From an uncultured virus (IMG/VR IMGVR_UViG_3300049828_000286) (lineage: Duplodnaviria; Heunggongvirae; Uroviricota; Caudoviricetes): a stretch of DNA of 64,000 nucleotides. Below are positions 28,546 through 36,646 of the stretch, in pieces. The translations under genes and the position numbers were made by a program. The notes under the pieces are model-generated. The model did no database searches and had not been told where the DNA came from. It was given only the letters and a program-made list of their open reading frames with translations. The stretch's first letter is position 1; each line of letters begins with the position of its first letter. The stretch lies in the IMG/VR virus record IMGVR_UViG_3300049828_000286, one strand, 5' to 3'.

Positions 28546-29011
28546 TGCAATGCCACTCCTTGGTCCTGGCGAGGACCGATCCAGCCATGCGCATGCGGTT
28601 TCTGTGGTTACCGAACATGAGGTGTTGGTCGAATCCTTCAGTGGGATATAGTGTTAACGTGTAGCAATGAAAATTGGCACACTGAAGGTGTCGCCACTTT
28701 CCATACAGAAGCCCATTCGCCATGATCACGGGAAGGCTTATCATAAGTGATGGGTCACTCACCTTCCGCCGATAACAGCCGTTCTTGTACTCCCATTCAC
28801 TATTGGGGTGCAATGAATTTATGTCGACACATAGACTTCCATAATGAAATCTCAGCGTGCGACTTCCATTTAAGTACTCCTGGTCATCCTCTGTGAATCT
28901 GTATCTGTGGAACTTGCTGACAGGACTGTGGTCGCTCCGTTTATAGCCATGGAGTGTCCATGCCAAGATTTCCCGATGGCACACTAATTCAAGCTCGTTC
29001 CTTGGCTTCAT
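28535..29011 (-). CDS. Hypothetical protein (weak member of the tagged family)
   Basis: AT-richer ORF with N-terminal REILAWTLHG. Confidence 0.55.
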   Translation of the reverse strand: MKPRNELELVCHREILAWTLHGYKRSDHSPVSKFHRYRFTEDDQEYLNGSRTLRFHYGSLCVDINSLHPNSEWEYKNGCYRRKVSDPSLMISLPVIMANGLLYGKWRHLQCANFHCYTLTLYPTEGFDQHLMFGNHRNRMRMAGSVLARTKEWHCSEL

Positions 29012-29012
29012 A

Positions 29013-29047
29013 AATAGAAACCCAGCGCATCGTGGTGACTGCGCTGG
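29013..29047 (-). terminator. Intrinsic terminator
   Basis: On the - strand, CCAGCGCA...TGCGCTGG followed by GTTTCTATTT. Confidence 0.55.
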
Positions 29048-29070
29048 TGTCAGACTGGCACACTGTGCCG
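29048..29070 (-). repeat. Dispersed element, copy 3
   Basis: The - strand reads CGGCACAGTGTGCCAGTCTGACA, with only the palindrome centre differing. Confidence 0.9.
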
Positions 29071-29075
29071 CTAAT

Positions 29076-29462
29076 CTACTCTACGCATGTGAAATCCACG
29101 CTATAGACGGTCATTTGACCCTGGTTCACTGGGCTATGCCAGAGGGCGACAGATGCTGAACAATCTCTGTCGCATGTTATTGTGACGACCGCATTAGCCT
29201 GGGCCCCATTGACAGGCCCATAGACATCGTCAAGATTTAGAGCCCATCGTTCACCTGGTGACACCAGGAATGTTCTACGTCCAACTGTCTCGACTCCTTC
29301 AAACTTGACGTCTAGTTGAACACGAAGTGGGACCTTGTGTGGGTTACCGCCACTGAGCCATGTCTGCCGGTAGAGTCCACCATTTCGCCAGATGCCGGCC
29401 TCAGTCGCTAGTCCTACGGGGTGCCCCGCAAAACACCGGCCTGAAGCCGCCTGCCCAAAGGG
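29076..29462 (-). CDS. Beta-rich domain lacking its own start; possible -1 frameshift extension of the upstream secreted protein
   Basis: Protein-like reading LATEAGIWRNGGLYRQTWLSGGNPH... with no ATG/GTG near its 5' end. C CCT TTG lies at 29462-29456. Confidence 0.45.
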   Translation of the reverse strand, partial: PFGQAASGRCFAGHPVGLATEAGIWRNGGLYRQTWLSGGNPHKVPLRVQLDVKFEGVETVGRRTFLVSPGERWALNLDDVYGPVNGAQANAVVTITCDRDCSASVALWHSPVNQGQMTVYSVDFTCVE

Positions 29463-29863
29463 TCGATTGCGTTGCTCGGATCGGATGCCAGGAGTGCCTC
29501 TGCTCCAGTCACTGAGAATCGAATACTGAGAGGAATACCACGTGGAAACTGATCCACCGGAATCGGTGCGATTGAAAAGCAGCCCATTGCCCCGCTTCCG
29601 TTGCCGAGCCTGGTAATCGCTGTCTTGGCTACCGGGATCGTGACTGTAGGCGACGCTGCACCGACGCGGGTCGCGATCACTGTGCCTGAGGTGATTGACG
29701 CCCAATCCGTGTCGGGATATTCGAAATAGAGGGCGACCGGTGACGTAATTACTGACAGCGGACCAGTACCAGTGGGTGGGGTTGCCGCGCAGGATGGATG
29801 AACCTGGGCGAATGCTGGCATAGACACCAGCGAGAACATGAGTGCGATAATCAACTTCTTCAT
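29414..29863 (-). CDS. Secreted protein with a Sec signal peptide
   Basis: Classic signal peptide MKKLIIALMFSLVSMPAFA-Q. Confidence 0.75.
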   Translation of the reverse strand: MKKLIIALMFSLVSMPAFAQVHPSCAATPPTGTGPLSVITSPVALYFEYPDTDWASITSGTVIATRVGAASPTVTIPVAKTAITRLGNGSGAMGCFSIAPIPVDQFPRGIPLSIRFSVTGAEALLASDPSNAIDPLGRRLQAGVLRGTP

Positions 29864-30177
29864 TAGCTAATGAGCTCCTTAATCTCTTCCTTAATGGCCG
29901 CCCGCTCCTCCTGGAGCTTGACGATGCGTTCCTGTGCTGCCTTGATATGAGCCTGCTGGTCTTCGATCTGCTCCTTAATGAGAAGGAGGCGACGGAACGG
30001 GTCACTCTTTCGCTTGTGTAGCCCCTCAAGAATGCGTTCCAGTTCCTTCTCCTTGTCCTGATTTGGCTGCGGGTCTTCAGGATATGGATAGAGGTAACTG
30101 TAGAATGGGTCGCGCGCTGTTGTGGTCTGCTTGACGTAGTTGTCGGCGTCGTTAGGAGTGATGTACATGATTGACAT
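29863..30177 (-). CDS. Coiled-coil hypothetical protein
   Basis: Heptad-rich C-terminus, TAATG-coupled to the next gene. Start uncertain. Confidence 0.55.
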   Translation of the reverse strand: MSIMYITPNDADNYVKQTTTARDPFYSYLYPYPEDPQPNQDKEKELERILEGLHKRKSDPFRRLLLIKEQIEDQQAHIKAAQERIVKLQEERAAIKEEIKELIS

Positions 30178-30955
30178 ATTGTTCGAGTGTTTGCCTGACC
30201 TGTTGCCAGCCTTCAAAGTTGCCATGTCTGCCATCGGCTGGTGTGGCGACGTGTTCAAATGGGCTCAGGTGTCCTGACTCAGCCAGCTGGTTATAGAGTC
30301 GCTGATCATCTTCGAATGCACTATCCTTGCCATGATTGCTATAGCTGACCCTGGCGCACCTGGCCACGGATCGGATAATGTCTTCCGATGTGCTAATTTG
30401 TCCCGTGACATAGGGGAGATGGTACTGGCCATTAGTCACGAGTGTTGGTGTGGACTTGAGGTACAGGTCGCGCATCATAAAGGCGACATGCTGTAGCTCT
30501 GGTTGAGCGTCAGGGTGGCATCGCAGCCGAAAGAAGTTGTCGTACTCCGTCGCTGACACAATGACCGTGGCCCACATCCATGGCTCCAGGAGCCGGTTGG
30601 CAATCTGCTTATGCACGCAGCAGACAATGCTCATGTAGTTCGCTTGCCCGATAGCCTTATCTCGAGCCTCAAGCCAGCTCTCAAGGGCTAATGCTGATTC
30701 GCGATCTGTCAGGACTTCTTTGGCCTGCATTCCACGCTGGTTTCGGCCCCAGGCGATAGGGATAACAGGGTCGTTCTTGACCTGCTCGATGACCTTTTCA
30801 ATAGGAATAGCGCGACTACTGGCCGCATTCCTAGACAACATCCTGTGCGTATTGAGCTCTGCGAGAATCCACTTTGGGATCGTGATCTGAAATGTCGTAA
30901 GTCTGTGTCCTGTGATGGACACGCTGTCGGCGATGAGTGTAGCGCTGTACGCCAT
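30152..30955 (-). CDS. thyX: FAD-dependent thymidylate synthase
   Basis: ELNTHRMLSRNAASSRAIP, FFRLRCHPDAQPE, SVARCARVSY and HLSPFEH motifs. Confidence 0.9.
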   Translation of the reverse strand: MAYSATLIADSVSITGHRLTTFQITIPKWILAELNTHRMLSRNAASSRAIPIEKVIEQVKNDPVIPIAWGRNQRGMQAKEVLTDRESALALESWLEARDKAIGQANYMSIVCCVHKQIANRLLEPWMWATVIVSATEYDNFFRLRCHPDAQPELQHVAFMMRDLYLKSTPTLVTNGQYHLPYVTGQISTSEDIIRSVARCARVSYSNHGKDSAFEDDQRLYNQLAESGHLSPFEHVATPADGRHGNFEGWQQVRQTLEQYVNHVHHS

Positions 30956-30960
30956 GTCTC

Positions 30961-30969
30961 ATGGTAGCA
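30961..30969 (-). promoter_or_regulatory. Extended -10 (TGCTACCAT); thyX probably leaderless
   Basis: Separated by 5 nt from the thyX ATG, with no Shine-Dalgarno sequence. Confidence 0.5.
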
Positions 30970-31022
30970 CGGACTTCTACAGTTGTGCATGTGTTTTCTG
31001 GGTATCCGTAGTCAGACAGCTA

Positions 31023-31400
31023 TTACAAGCTGTCACCAACTGATTCTGTCATGAGCTCAGACACTCCGAGCGCATCGATGCACGTGTTGTCTTCTCGTAT
31101 GGCGCGCCCAACTTCGGAGGCGATCTCCTCTCGGTCTATGAGAGACGGCCATAGTTTCACGTCGTACGGCACATCTTCTCCAATCCTTGCCGCCTGCTCT
31201 CGTGTGTAGTCTGCAACTCGACCGGCAAAGACCATGACATGCTTTCGACATTCTGCCGGCAGTGAATGTCCGTCCAGGGCCAGGTCGTGCTCGAGCATGT
31301 TGACCAGCTCAGAGACAACGTACGGAAGTTCTACTATTCCATGACTCACAAGGTATCCTCTAGGAGCGACCAAGGTACCATCCAAGGTCTGACAGTCCAT
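31023..31400 (-). CDS. Hypothetical protein
   Basis: 125-aa ORF in the operon. Confidence 0.5.
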   Translation of the reverse strand: MDCQTLDGTLVAPRGYLVSHGIVELPYVVSELVNMLEHDLALDGHSLPAECRKHVMVFAGRVADYTREQAARIGEDVPYDVKLWPSLIDREEIASEVGRAIREDNTCIDALGVSELMTESVGDSL

Positions 31401-31707
31401 ATTGCTGCAATAACTCCCCTACTCGAGATTCGATTGCGTCCAGAACGTCATCTGGATCCCCAATAACGCCTGCAATAGCTGTGGCGTCCTTGTGCGTCAA
31501 TCCGTCTCGGTGTACTAGCTCTAGCGCCATCACCTCTTGTTGACTGAGTTTCCGTAAAACCGCCTCGACGTCGAGACAGTAGTCAATGAGTCGCACATCA
31601 AAGGACGTTCCGATGTTCGTGCAGACAATGCCTTCTCTGTCTTCGTAGAACCACTTCATGACGTTCTTCGCAATGGCGCGATAGACGTCTTCCCTAGTAT
31701 TTGCCAT
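31360..31707 (-). CDS. Sigma-70 region 4-like helix-turn-helix protein
   Basis: VEAVLRKLSQQEVMALELVHRDGLTHKDATAIAGV. Confidence 0.6.
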   Translation of the reverse strand: MANTREDVYRAIAKNVMKWFYEDREGIVCTNIGTSFDVRLIDYCLDVEAVLRKLSQQEVMALELVHRDGLTHKDATAIAGVIGDPDDVLDAIESRVGELLQQYGLSDLGWYLGRS

Positions 31708-31739
31708 GCTTGCCGCCGTGAGATTTCACAGGCGACGCG

Positions 31740-32201
31740 CTATGTACCGAGCTTACTTCCACAAAATACCTCAACAAATGTGTACACTGCTGCCTTGGCC
31801 TGTTGTAGGCTCTCCGTTGAGGGCCCATCGAAAAAGGCGTCTAACCGCGACTCGTAGTCGCTAGACACCTTAGGATGCCACTTCCGCATCCAGGCCTGGA
31901 TGTCAGAAGGGCTTCGGCCAACTGCGCGTTGAGCGAGTTGGTGTTGGCTGTAGAGACTCTCCGCGTACTCCTGCAGCTGCCGCCCAAGTGCCTCTGCATC
32001 ATCTCCGTCGACCACGTCAGCGAGCTTGGCCTTTGAGATCGCCCGCTCGAGCATGATCCTATAGGGCTTCAGCTTTGTCGGATCGCGTCTCGCGGCCTGT
32101 TGGCCTTTTTGGATAGACGACCAGACGCCAGTGATGGCCTTCAGAAATGGGGCGTAGTGTTGAAAGTTGAGCTCCTCATGCACAGAATCAACGGAATCCA
32201 T
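31740..32201 (-). CDS. Hypothetical helical protein
   Basis: 153-aa ORF. The listed ATG overlaps a TATAAT, so the true start may be the GTG at 32183. Confidence 0.55.
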   Translation of the reverse strand: MDSVDSVHEELNFQHYAPFLKAITGVWSSIQKGQQAARRDPTKLKPYRIMLERAISKAKLADVVDGDDAEALGRQLQEYAESLYSQHQLAQRAVGRSPSDIQAWMRKWHPKVSSDYESRLDAFFDGPSTESLQQAKAAVYTFVEVFCGSKLGT

Positions 32202-32304
32202 TATAGATCGACCTTGGTATAGGCCTCAACAATTTATTTCACGACTGGCCAAATTACAAAAATGTAGCGTGTGTTATTTACCATTGGATAGGAAATTTCA
32301 CGCA

Positions 32305-32931
32305 TCAAGGCCTCCACCACTCGCCAGAGACGACTCCGTAGCTACTCCAGCCAGCGCGGGGATTGATCGTTCCTGCGCCGACGATGATGTCAATGGCCTC
32401 GACGTACCCAGGCATGCCCACGTCGTAGCCAATCGTGTCGTCTGAAATCGGGCCTCCACGTCTTGACTTCATACCGAAGCGCGGGTCAATCTTATTCAGC
32501 CTGGTGGCGACGATCCTGGTGAATTCGGCTGGGTCATAGAAGATCAGTCCAGGGAATTCGCGGTCAACATCCTCGACGACGTCGTAGCGGTCTGGGGCTC
32601 TACGCATGTTCTGGTAGGGGCTGTTGTCTGGTGTGCCCCCACCGAAGCCGCCACCCATACCGCCGCCTGACGTGGCTCCCTGCTCCATGAGCTCCCAATC
32701 CACGTTGTACTGCTCTGTTCGCGTGCCAGGGTTAATCGATGGCGATGCCACAGACAACTGGATCGTCTTTGTCAGGATGGCAGCCATGGCTTTTGCGATA
32801 TGGCCCTGGAGGGCAGGTGTCAGGATGTCGCTCTGTGAACCAGCTGACTGCGATAGGGCTAGCCTGAACGCATTGGACGCGGCAATGATCTGCTCCTGTG
32901 GCCCGAGTTGAGGTTTGTTAGTCGTCCCCAT
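32305..32931 (-). CDS. Hypothetical protein with a Gly-rich linker
   Basis: Overlaps the primase stop. The C-terminal domain resembles the 26424 protein. Confidence 0.6.
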   Translation of the reverse strand: MGTTNKPQLGPQEQIIAASNAFRLALSQSAGSQSDILTPALQGHIAKAMAAILTKTIQLSVASPSINPGTRTEQYNVDWELMEQGATSGGGMGGGFGGGTPDNSPYQNMRRAPDRYDVVEDVDREFPGLIFYDPAEFTRIVATRLNKIDPRFGMKSRRGGPISDDTIGYDVGMPGYVEAIDIIVGAGTINPRAGWSSYGVVSGEWWRP

Positions 32932-34714
32932 TGGAGCTCACTCTCTGTCGTTCTTCTAGTGTCAGTTCTCGGAATGTACTGATTGCGCCATCAAAGTAGA
33001 GCGTCGTTTCGCCCCCACTGGAATAGCGACTCTTGTCAACCCTTAGAATGGCGTAAGGGGAATAGGCCCCGTGCGTGGTGCCAGTCCCATGCGCCTGGAC
33101 GTTTGTCTTTCGGCGCATGCGATACAGCATCATGACGACGTCTGAGTCTTGCGAGATTGAGCTCGAATCCTTCAAGTCATCCATGGTCATCATGTTGGTT
33201 GTCCCATCTTCTCGTGTCTTCAACTTGCGAGGCTGGGCAATCATGATGATTGGAATGTTCAGGTCAACCGCGATCTCCTTGAGTCGCTTGGTCACGATGC
33301 CAATTTCGCCGGCCTGATTGGTCGACGACCGGATGAAGTAGTTGATATTGTCAAAGGCCATACAGCGTAGGTCGTACCGCTTTACCGCAGATCGAATGGC
33401 CTTTTCGAGCTCGTCGAAGTTCTGGCCAGACTTGTACCCAAAGAAGAATGGCCACTTCTCCATCTCTGGGCGTATCCGCTGCACGTGATCCAGTTTGATG
33501 GCATTCATGTCCACGTGATGAATGTGCTGGATACATTTCCGCAGGACCATGGTCTCTGGCATCTCCAGGCACATCAGGTACGAGGGGATGCTGTCTTTGG
33601 CGTAGCCCAGTAGCTCCTGGAGGACAAATGATGTCTTGCCAACTCCTGCCTGGCCTGACACCGTGACCAGGAAGCCGTTCCAGTAGCCTCCGGCAATCAT
33701 CTCGTTCAGGCTTGTGAACTGACTGGGTAATCCATTGACGCCCTCGCTCCCGAGAAAGAGCTCCTCCTCGAGTCGATTGAATGCCTCGCCCATCGAGATC
33801 GCGTACTCCATCTCAAGAGGCTGAGACTCCTTGATCAGTTCATCGAACTCATCATTCGTGTGTCCCTGGGCGATGAAGTACTCGTTGACATCCTTCGCGT
33901 CTGGTAGAACGACATTTAGGACTGGGAAGTCCTCGAACTTCTTGGCAACCTTCAGCGCACCGTTCTGTCCAGCGACATCGCTGTCGTAGCAGAGGATCAG
34001 CTGGTTCGGTTTCGCTGCCGTGATGAGGTCATACCAGCGTGGCTTAAAGCTTCCGGCTCCAGTGGTTGTGGATACGACGGGCCGGTAGCCTTGCTGCCAG
34101 AGGGTCATGGCATCAATCTCACCCTCAACCAGGTAGATGACGTTTGAGTCTACGGACTTCAGCTGATGCTCGCCATAGAGCACAGAATCGCCGCCGCCCA
34201 TGCGTCGGAACCGCTTCTCATCCAGTCGGCGATACTTGACATCACAGATCTCGTCGTTGCTGATGTAGGGAAACATCAACCACTTGGTGCCATCATCCTC
34301 AACCTTGAGCCCCAGGTGCCACGCCTTCGCTGTCTCGAGCTTGATACCGCGACTCGCAAGAAAGGCCATCCCATCGCTGTCCTGTTCGAGGAGGTCGATG
34401 TACTTCTGGAACTTCTCCAGCTTGACACGTCGCTTGGCCACCTCTGGCTGGGCATTGCGGACAGGAGCCGTCTGTTCCCGTGGCATGAGACCCATATGCT
34501 TGAGAATGGCAAAGAACCCACCCGTCCTTCCGCATGACGCGTGCTTACAGTCCCAGGCCCCATTGTCAACGTTGAGATAGAACCGCCAGTCGCTTTTTCC
34601 GCAGAATGGACACTCCTTCAGAATGAGGTGATTGCCAGTCTGTCGATGTGGCAGCCCTTGCTGCGTAACAAACGACAGTGCTTGTCCCTGTTGGTAGACT
34701 GGAAAAGTGGCCAC
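32918..34714 (-). CDS. Bifunctional DNA primase-helicase (T7 gp4/Twinkle-like)
   Basis: Zn finger CPFC...C..C, TOPRIM (VEGEIDAMT, YDSDVAGQ, KDVNE) and DnaB-like helicase (GQAGVGKT, IAQPRK, DLKDSSSISQDSD). Confidence 0.92.
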   Translation of the reverse strand: MATFPVYQQGQALSFVTQQGLPHRQTGNHLILKECPFCGKSDWRFYLNVDNGAWDCKHASCGRTGGFFAILKHMGLMPREQTAPVRNAQPEVAKRRVKLEKFQKYIDLLEQDSDGMAFLASRGIKLETAKAWHLGLKVEDDGTKWLMFPYISNDEICDVKYRRLDEKRFRRMGGGDSVLYGEHQLKSVDSNVIYLVEGEIDAMTLWQQGYRPVVSTTTGAGSFKPRWYDLITAAKPNQLILCYDSDVAGQNGALKVAKKFEDFPVLNVVLPDAKDVNEYFIAQGHTNDEFDELIKESQPLEMEYAISMGEAFNRLEEELFLGSEGVNGLPSQFTSLNEMIAGGYWNGFLVTVSGQAGVGKTSFVLQELLGYAKDSIPSYLMCLEMPETMVLRKCIQHIHHVDMNAIKLDHVQRIRPEMEKWPFFFGYKSGQNFDELEKAIRSAVKRYDLRCMAFDNINYFIRSSTNQAGEIGIVTKRLKEIAVDLNIPIIMIAQPRKLKTREDGTTNMMTMDDLKDSSSISQDSDVVMMLYRMRRKTNVQAHGTGTTHGAYSPYAILRVDKSRYSSGGETTLYFDGAISTFRELTLEERQRVSSNGDD

Positions 34715-35076
34715 TAATTAACCCGAACCCATGCCTCGATATTCAGCTTGTCGTTCTCGTCAATATCCACAAGTACATAGATGTCCTGATCGTCGGCTTC
34801 CCCCTTCACGTCAATCTCAGCCTTAGGGTTGGGGTGATTGTACTGCTCGATCTGGTCGAGTGCCTCCTGGACTAGGAGCTCGATGCGCTTCCTGACCTCA
34901 TCCTTTGATGGCACCTGTGGGCTATCGCCCAGGGTGAGTCCCATGGCGCGCATCATGGTTGCTGTCGTGCGAGCCGCCAACTCGAGTTGGTTGTCGACAT
35001 GTGAGTTCATCAGGGAGGGTAGATACATAGAATCAGAGCTCAAAGAATTTGGAGTCGCTGTCGTCGGTAGCCTCAT
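34714..35076 (-). CDS. Hypothetical protein
   Basis: ORF coupled to the primase start. Confidence 0.55.
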   Translation of the reverse strand: MRLPTTATPNSLSSDSMYLPSLMNSHVDNQLELAARTTATMMRAMGLTLGDSPQVPSKDEVRKRIELLVQEALDQIEQYNHPNPKAEIDVKGEADDQDIYVLVDIDENDKLNIEAWVRVN

Positions 35077-35488
35077 GCTTTACCGTGACCGTTCGTGGTG
35101 TAGGCGGTTGCTCATCAAGCCTCGTTAGAAGCTCAATCGCCGGGTCGTTATGGAAGGCTGGAAGCTTGCGCGGTTCCTGCCAGGCCTTGATGTTGTCCAC
35201 GGTGAAGAATGACCGCATCGTCTTCACGTACGCGATGGAATTGGCCTTCTTTCGGAATGGGTCAGCCTCGTAGTGCTTCATGGCTGTCCAGATTTGCTGT
35301 GGCGTGATGCCATGCTCAAAGGCACGCTTCAGCGCCTTGTGTGAGCCAAGTTCCTCTTGTTTCGCATGCGGCCTGATATTCGACTTGTAGTACTCAGTGA
35401 TCCTTAGGACGTCCTTGAGTTGGACTGTATCTCCATCCTGAAGCTCAATATCCGAGGGCACTTCGGAGCGAACCTTTCGTGCTGCCAT
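35033..35488 (-). CDS. Hypothetical protein, possibly a replication-initiator C-terminal-like domain
   Basis: ATG at 35488. Helical pattern GITPQQIWTAMKHY...YVKTMRSFF. Confidence 0.45.
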   Translation of the reverse strand: MAARKVRSEVPSDIELQDGDTVQLKDVLRITEYYKSNIRPHAKQEELGSHKALKRAFEHGITPQQIWTAMKHYEADPFRKKANSIAYVKTMRSFFTVDNIKAWQEPRKLPAFHNDPAIELLTRLDEQPPTPRTVTVKHEATDDSDSKFFEL

Positions 35489-35730
35489 TCTTTCCGGCGC
35501 GTTCCGAACCCGTGCTTGATCAGTGAGTGGAGCACTCCCGATGTCCCTCGCTGCTGGTTGCATCTGACACACGCTGACACTATGTTTTCCCATGTATTAG
35601 ATCCCCCTAGTGACCGTGGTACCACGTGATCAACCGACCCTCCAGTACATAAACAATACGAGCACAGCTCTGCTCGTATCATCTTGGAGTAGCTGGTCTT
35701 GGTCCTCGAGCGATGCTTACGCCTTGCCAT
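35404..35730 (-). CDS. HNH endonuclease
   Basis: CSYC...SVDHVVPRSLGGSNTWENIVSACVRCNQQRG. Confidence 0.85.
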   Translation of the reverse strand: MARRKHRSRTKTSYSKMIRAELCSYCLCTGGSVDHVVPRSLGGSNTWENIVSACVRCNQQRGTSGVLHSLIKHGFGTRRKEWQHERFAPKCPRILSFRMEIQSNSRTS

Positions 35731-36022
35731 GCCACTGAAGCTGGTCTGCCGTCCAGCCTTGACGATGGCCAGTCAGCCCATCAAGTAGCGATAGGACAGA
35801 CACAGCTACAAGGAGACATGGGACAGCGACAATGAAGGCTGCGTAGTATAGGATTGTATTCACCGGTGGCATTCGTACGGCTGCCTTCGCTGACCGAAGG
35901 GCGACGTCGAACATGGTAAAGAGACCAACACCAAGGAGATACGGCAGCTGGATCAGTAGCAGGTATGGCAGTAACGCCAGAATATCAAGAAACACATGTT
36001 TTGCGCGCATTGCATGTGACAC
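35717..36022 (-). CDS. Membrane protein
   Basis: Two long hydrophobic segments. Confidence 0.6.
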   Translation of the reverse strand: MSHAMRAKHVFLDILALLPYLLLIQLPYLLGVGLFTMFDVALRSAKAAVRMPPVNTILYYAAFIVAVPCLLVAVSVLSLLDGLTGHRQGWTADQLQWHGKA

Positions 36023-36026
36023 GATG

Positions 36027-36293
36027 TCAAATCCTCATAAAGGTGAAAAGAGCCGACAGGTAGCTCCCGTTGTAGGCCAGGAACTTGAACGCTGGCTCGC
36101 CGTCGTCATAAGAAATTGGCATGAGCCCGATGCGACACAGCCCGACGATGACCCATGAGAATACACCGTCCAGATCGCCGCACTGTATACACAGGCGCAT
36201 TGGCATCCCGAGACAAATGACCTTCATCTTTTCCTGATTGCAGTACGTACATGTCTTCACGACTTCACCCATTCCTTCACTCGTCCGCCCCAC
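36027..36293 (-). CDS. Small CxxC-containing hypothetical protein
   Basis: CTYC and CIQC motifs. The start is probably a GTG near 36260. Confidence 0.5.
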   Translation of the reverse strand: MGRTSEGMGEVVKTCTYCNQEKMKVICLGMPMRLCIQCGDLDGVFSWVIVGLCRIGLMPISYDDGEPAFKFLAYNGSYLSALFTFMRI

Positions 36294-36634
36294 GCCGAGA
36301 GTTCAGTATAAACGCTGTCCTTCTTAATGGTCGGCAATTTTCCGGACATCGCCAACCTCCGCATCATCGCAACGCCAAGGATGAAATCCGGGTAGTATTC
36401 ATAGTTTTCCATAGATTGGAAGTTCTGCTCTACCCATCGTATCGCATTCAGTCTGGTCATGTCTGAGGGGTAGATCGCGCAATACAACAAAAACGCCTGC
36501 GCCCATCTGCCTCTTTTCACTTGCATCAAGAACACTATCTCGCGTTTTTGATTCAAGATGAACGCACATCTCAGCGGCGGTTTATGACCAGCAAATTGCA
36601 TCGCGATCACTTCTTTGTCAAATGGCTTCACCAC
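36257..36634 (-). CDS. Hypothetical protein (tagged family)
   Basis: N-terminal DKEVIAMQFAG. Confidence 0.55.
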   Translation of the reverse strand: MVKPFDKEVIAMQFAGHKPPLRCAFILNQKREIVFLMQVKRGRWAQAFLLYCAIYPSDMTRLNAIRWVEQNFQSMENYEYYPDFILGVAMMRRLAMSGKLPTIKKDSVYTELSAWGGRVKEWVKS

Positions 36635-36646
36635 AGCAATCTGCCC

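Noticed and set aside
29463..30029. N-terminal part of the 317-aa ORF 29076-30029
   Set aside because: It overlaps two better genes on the same strand and is Ser/Arg-rich and non-protein-like. Only its 3' part looks coding.
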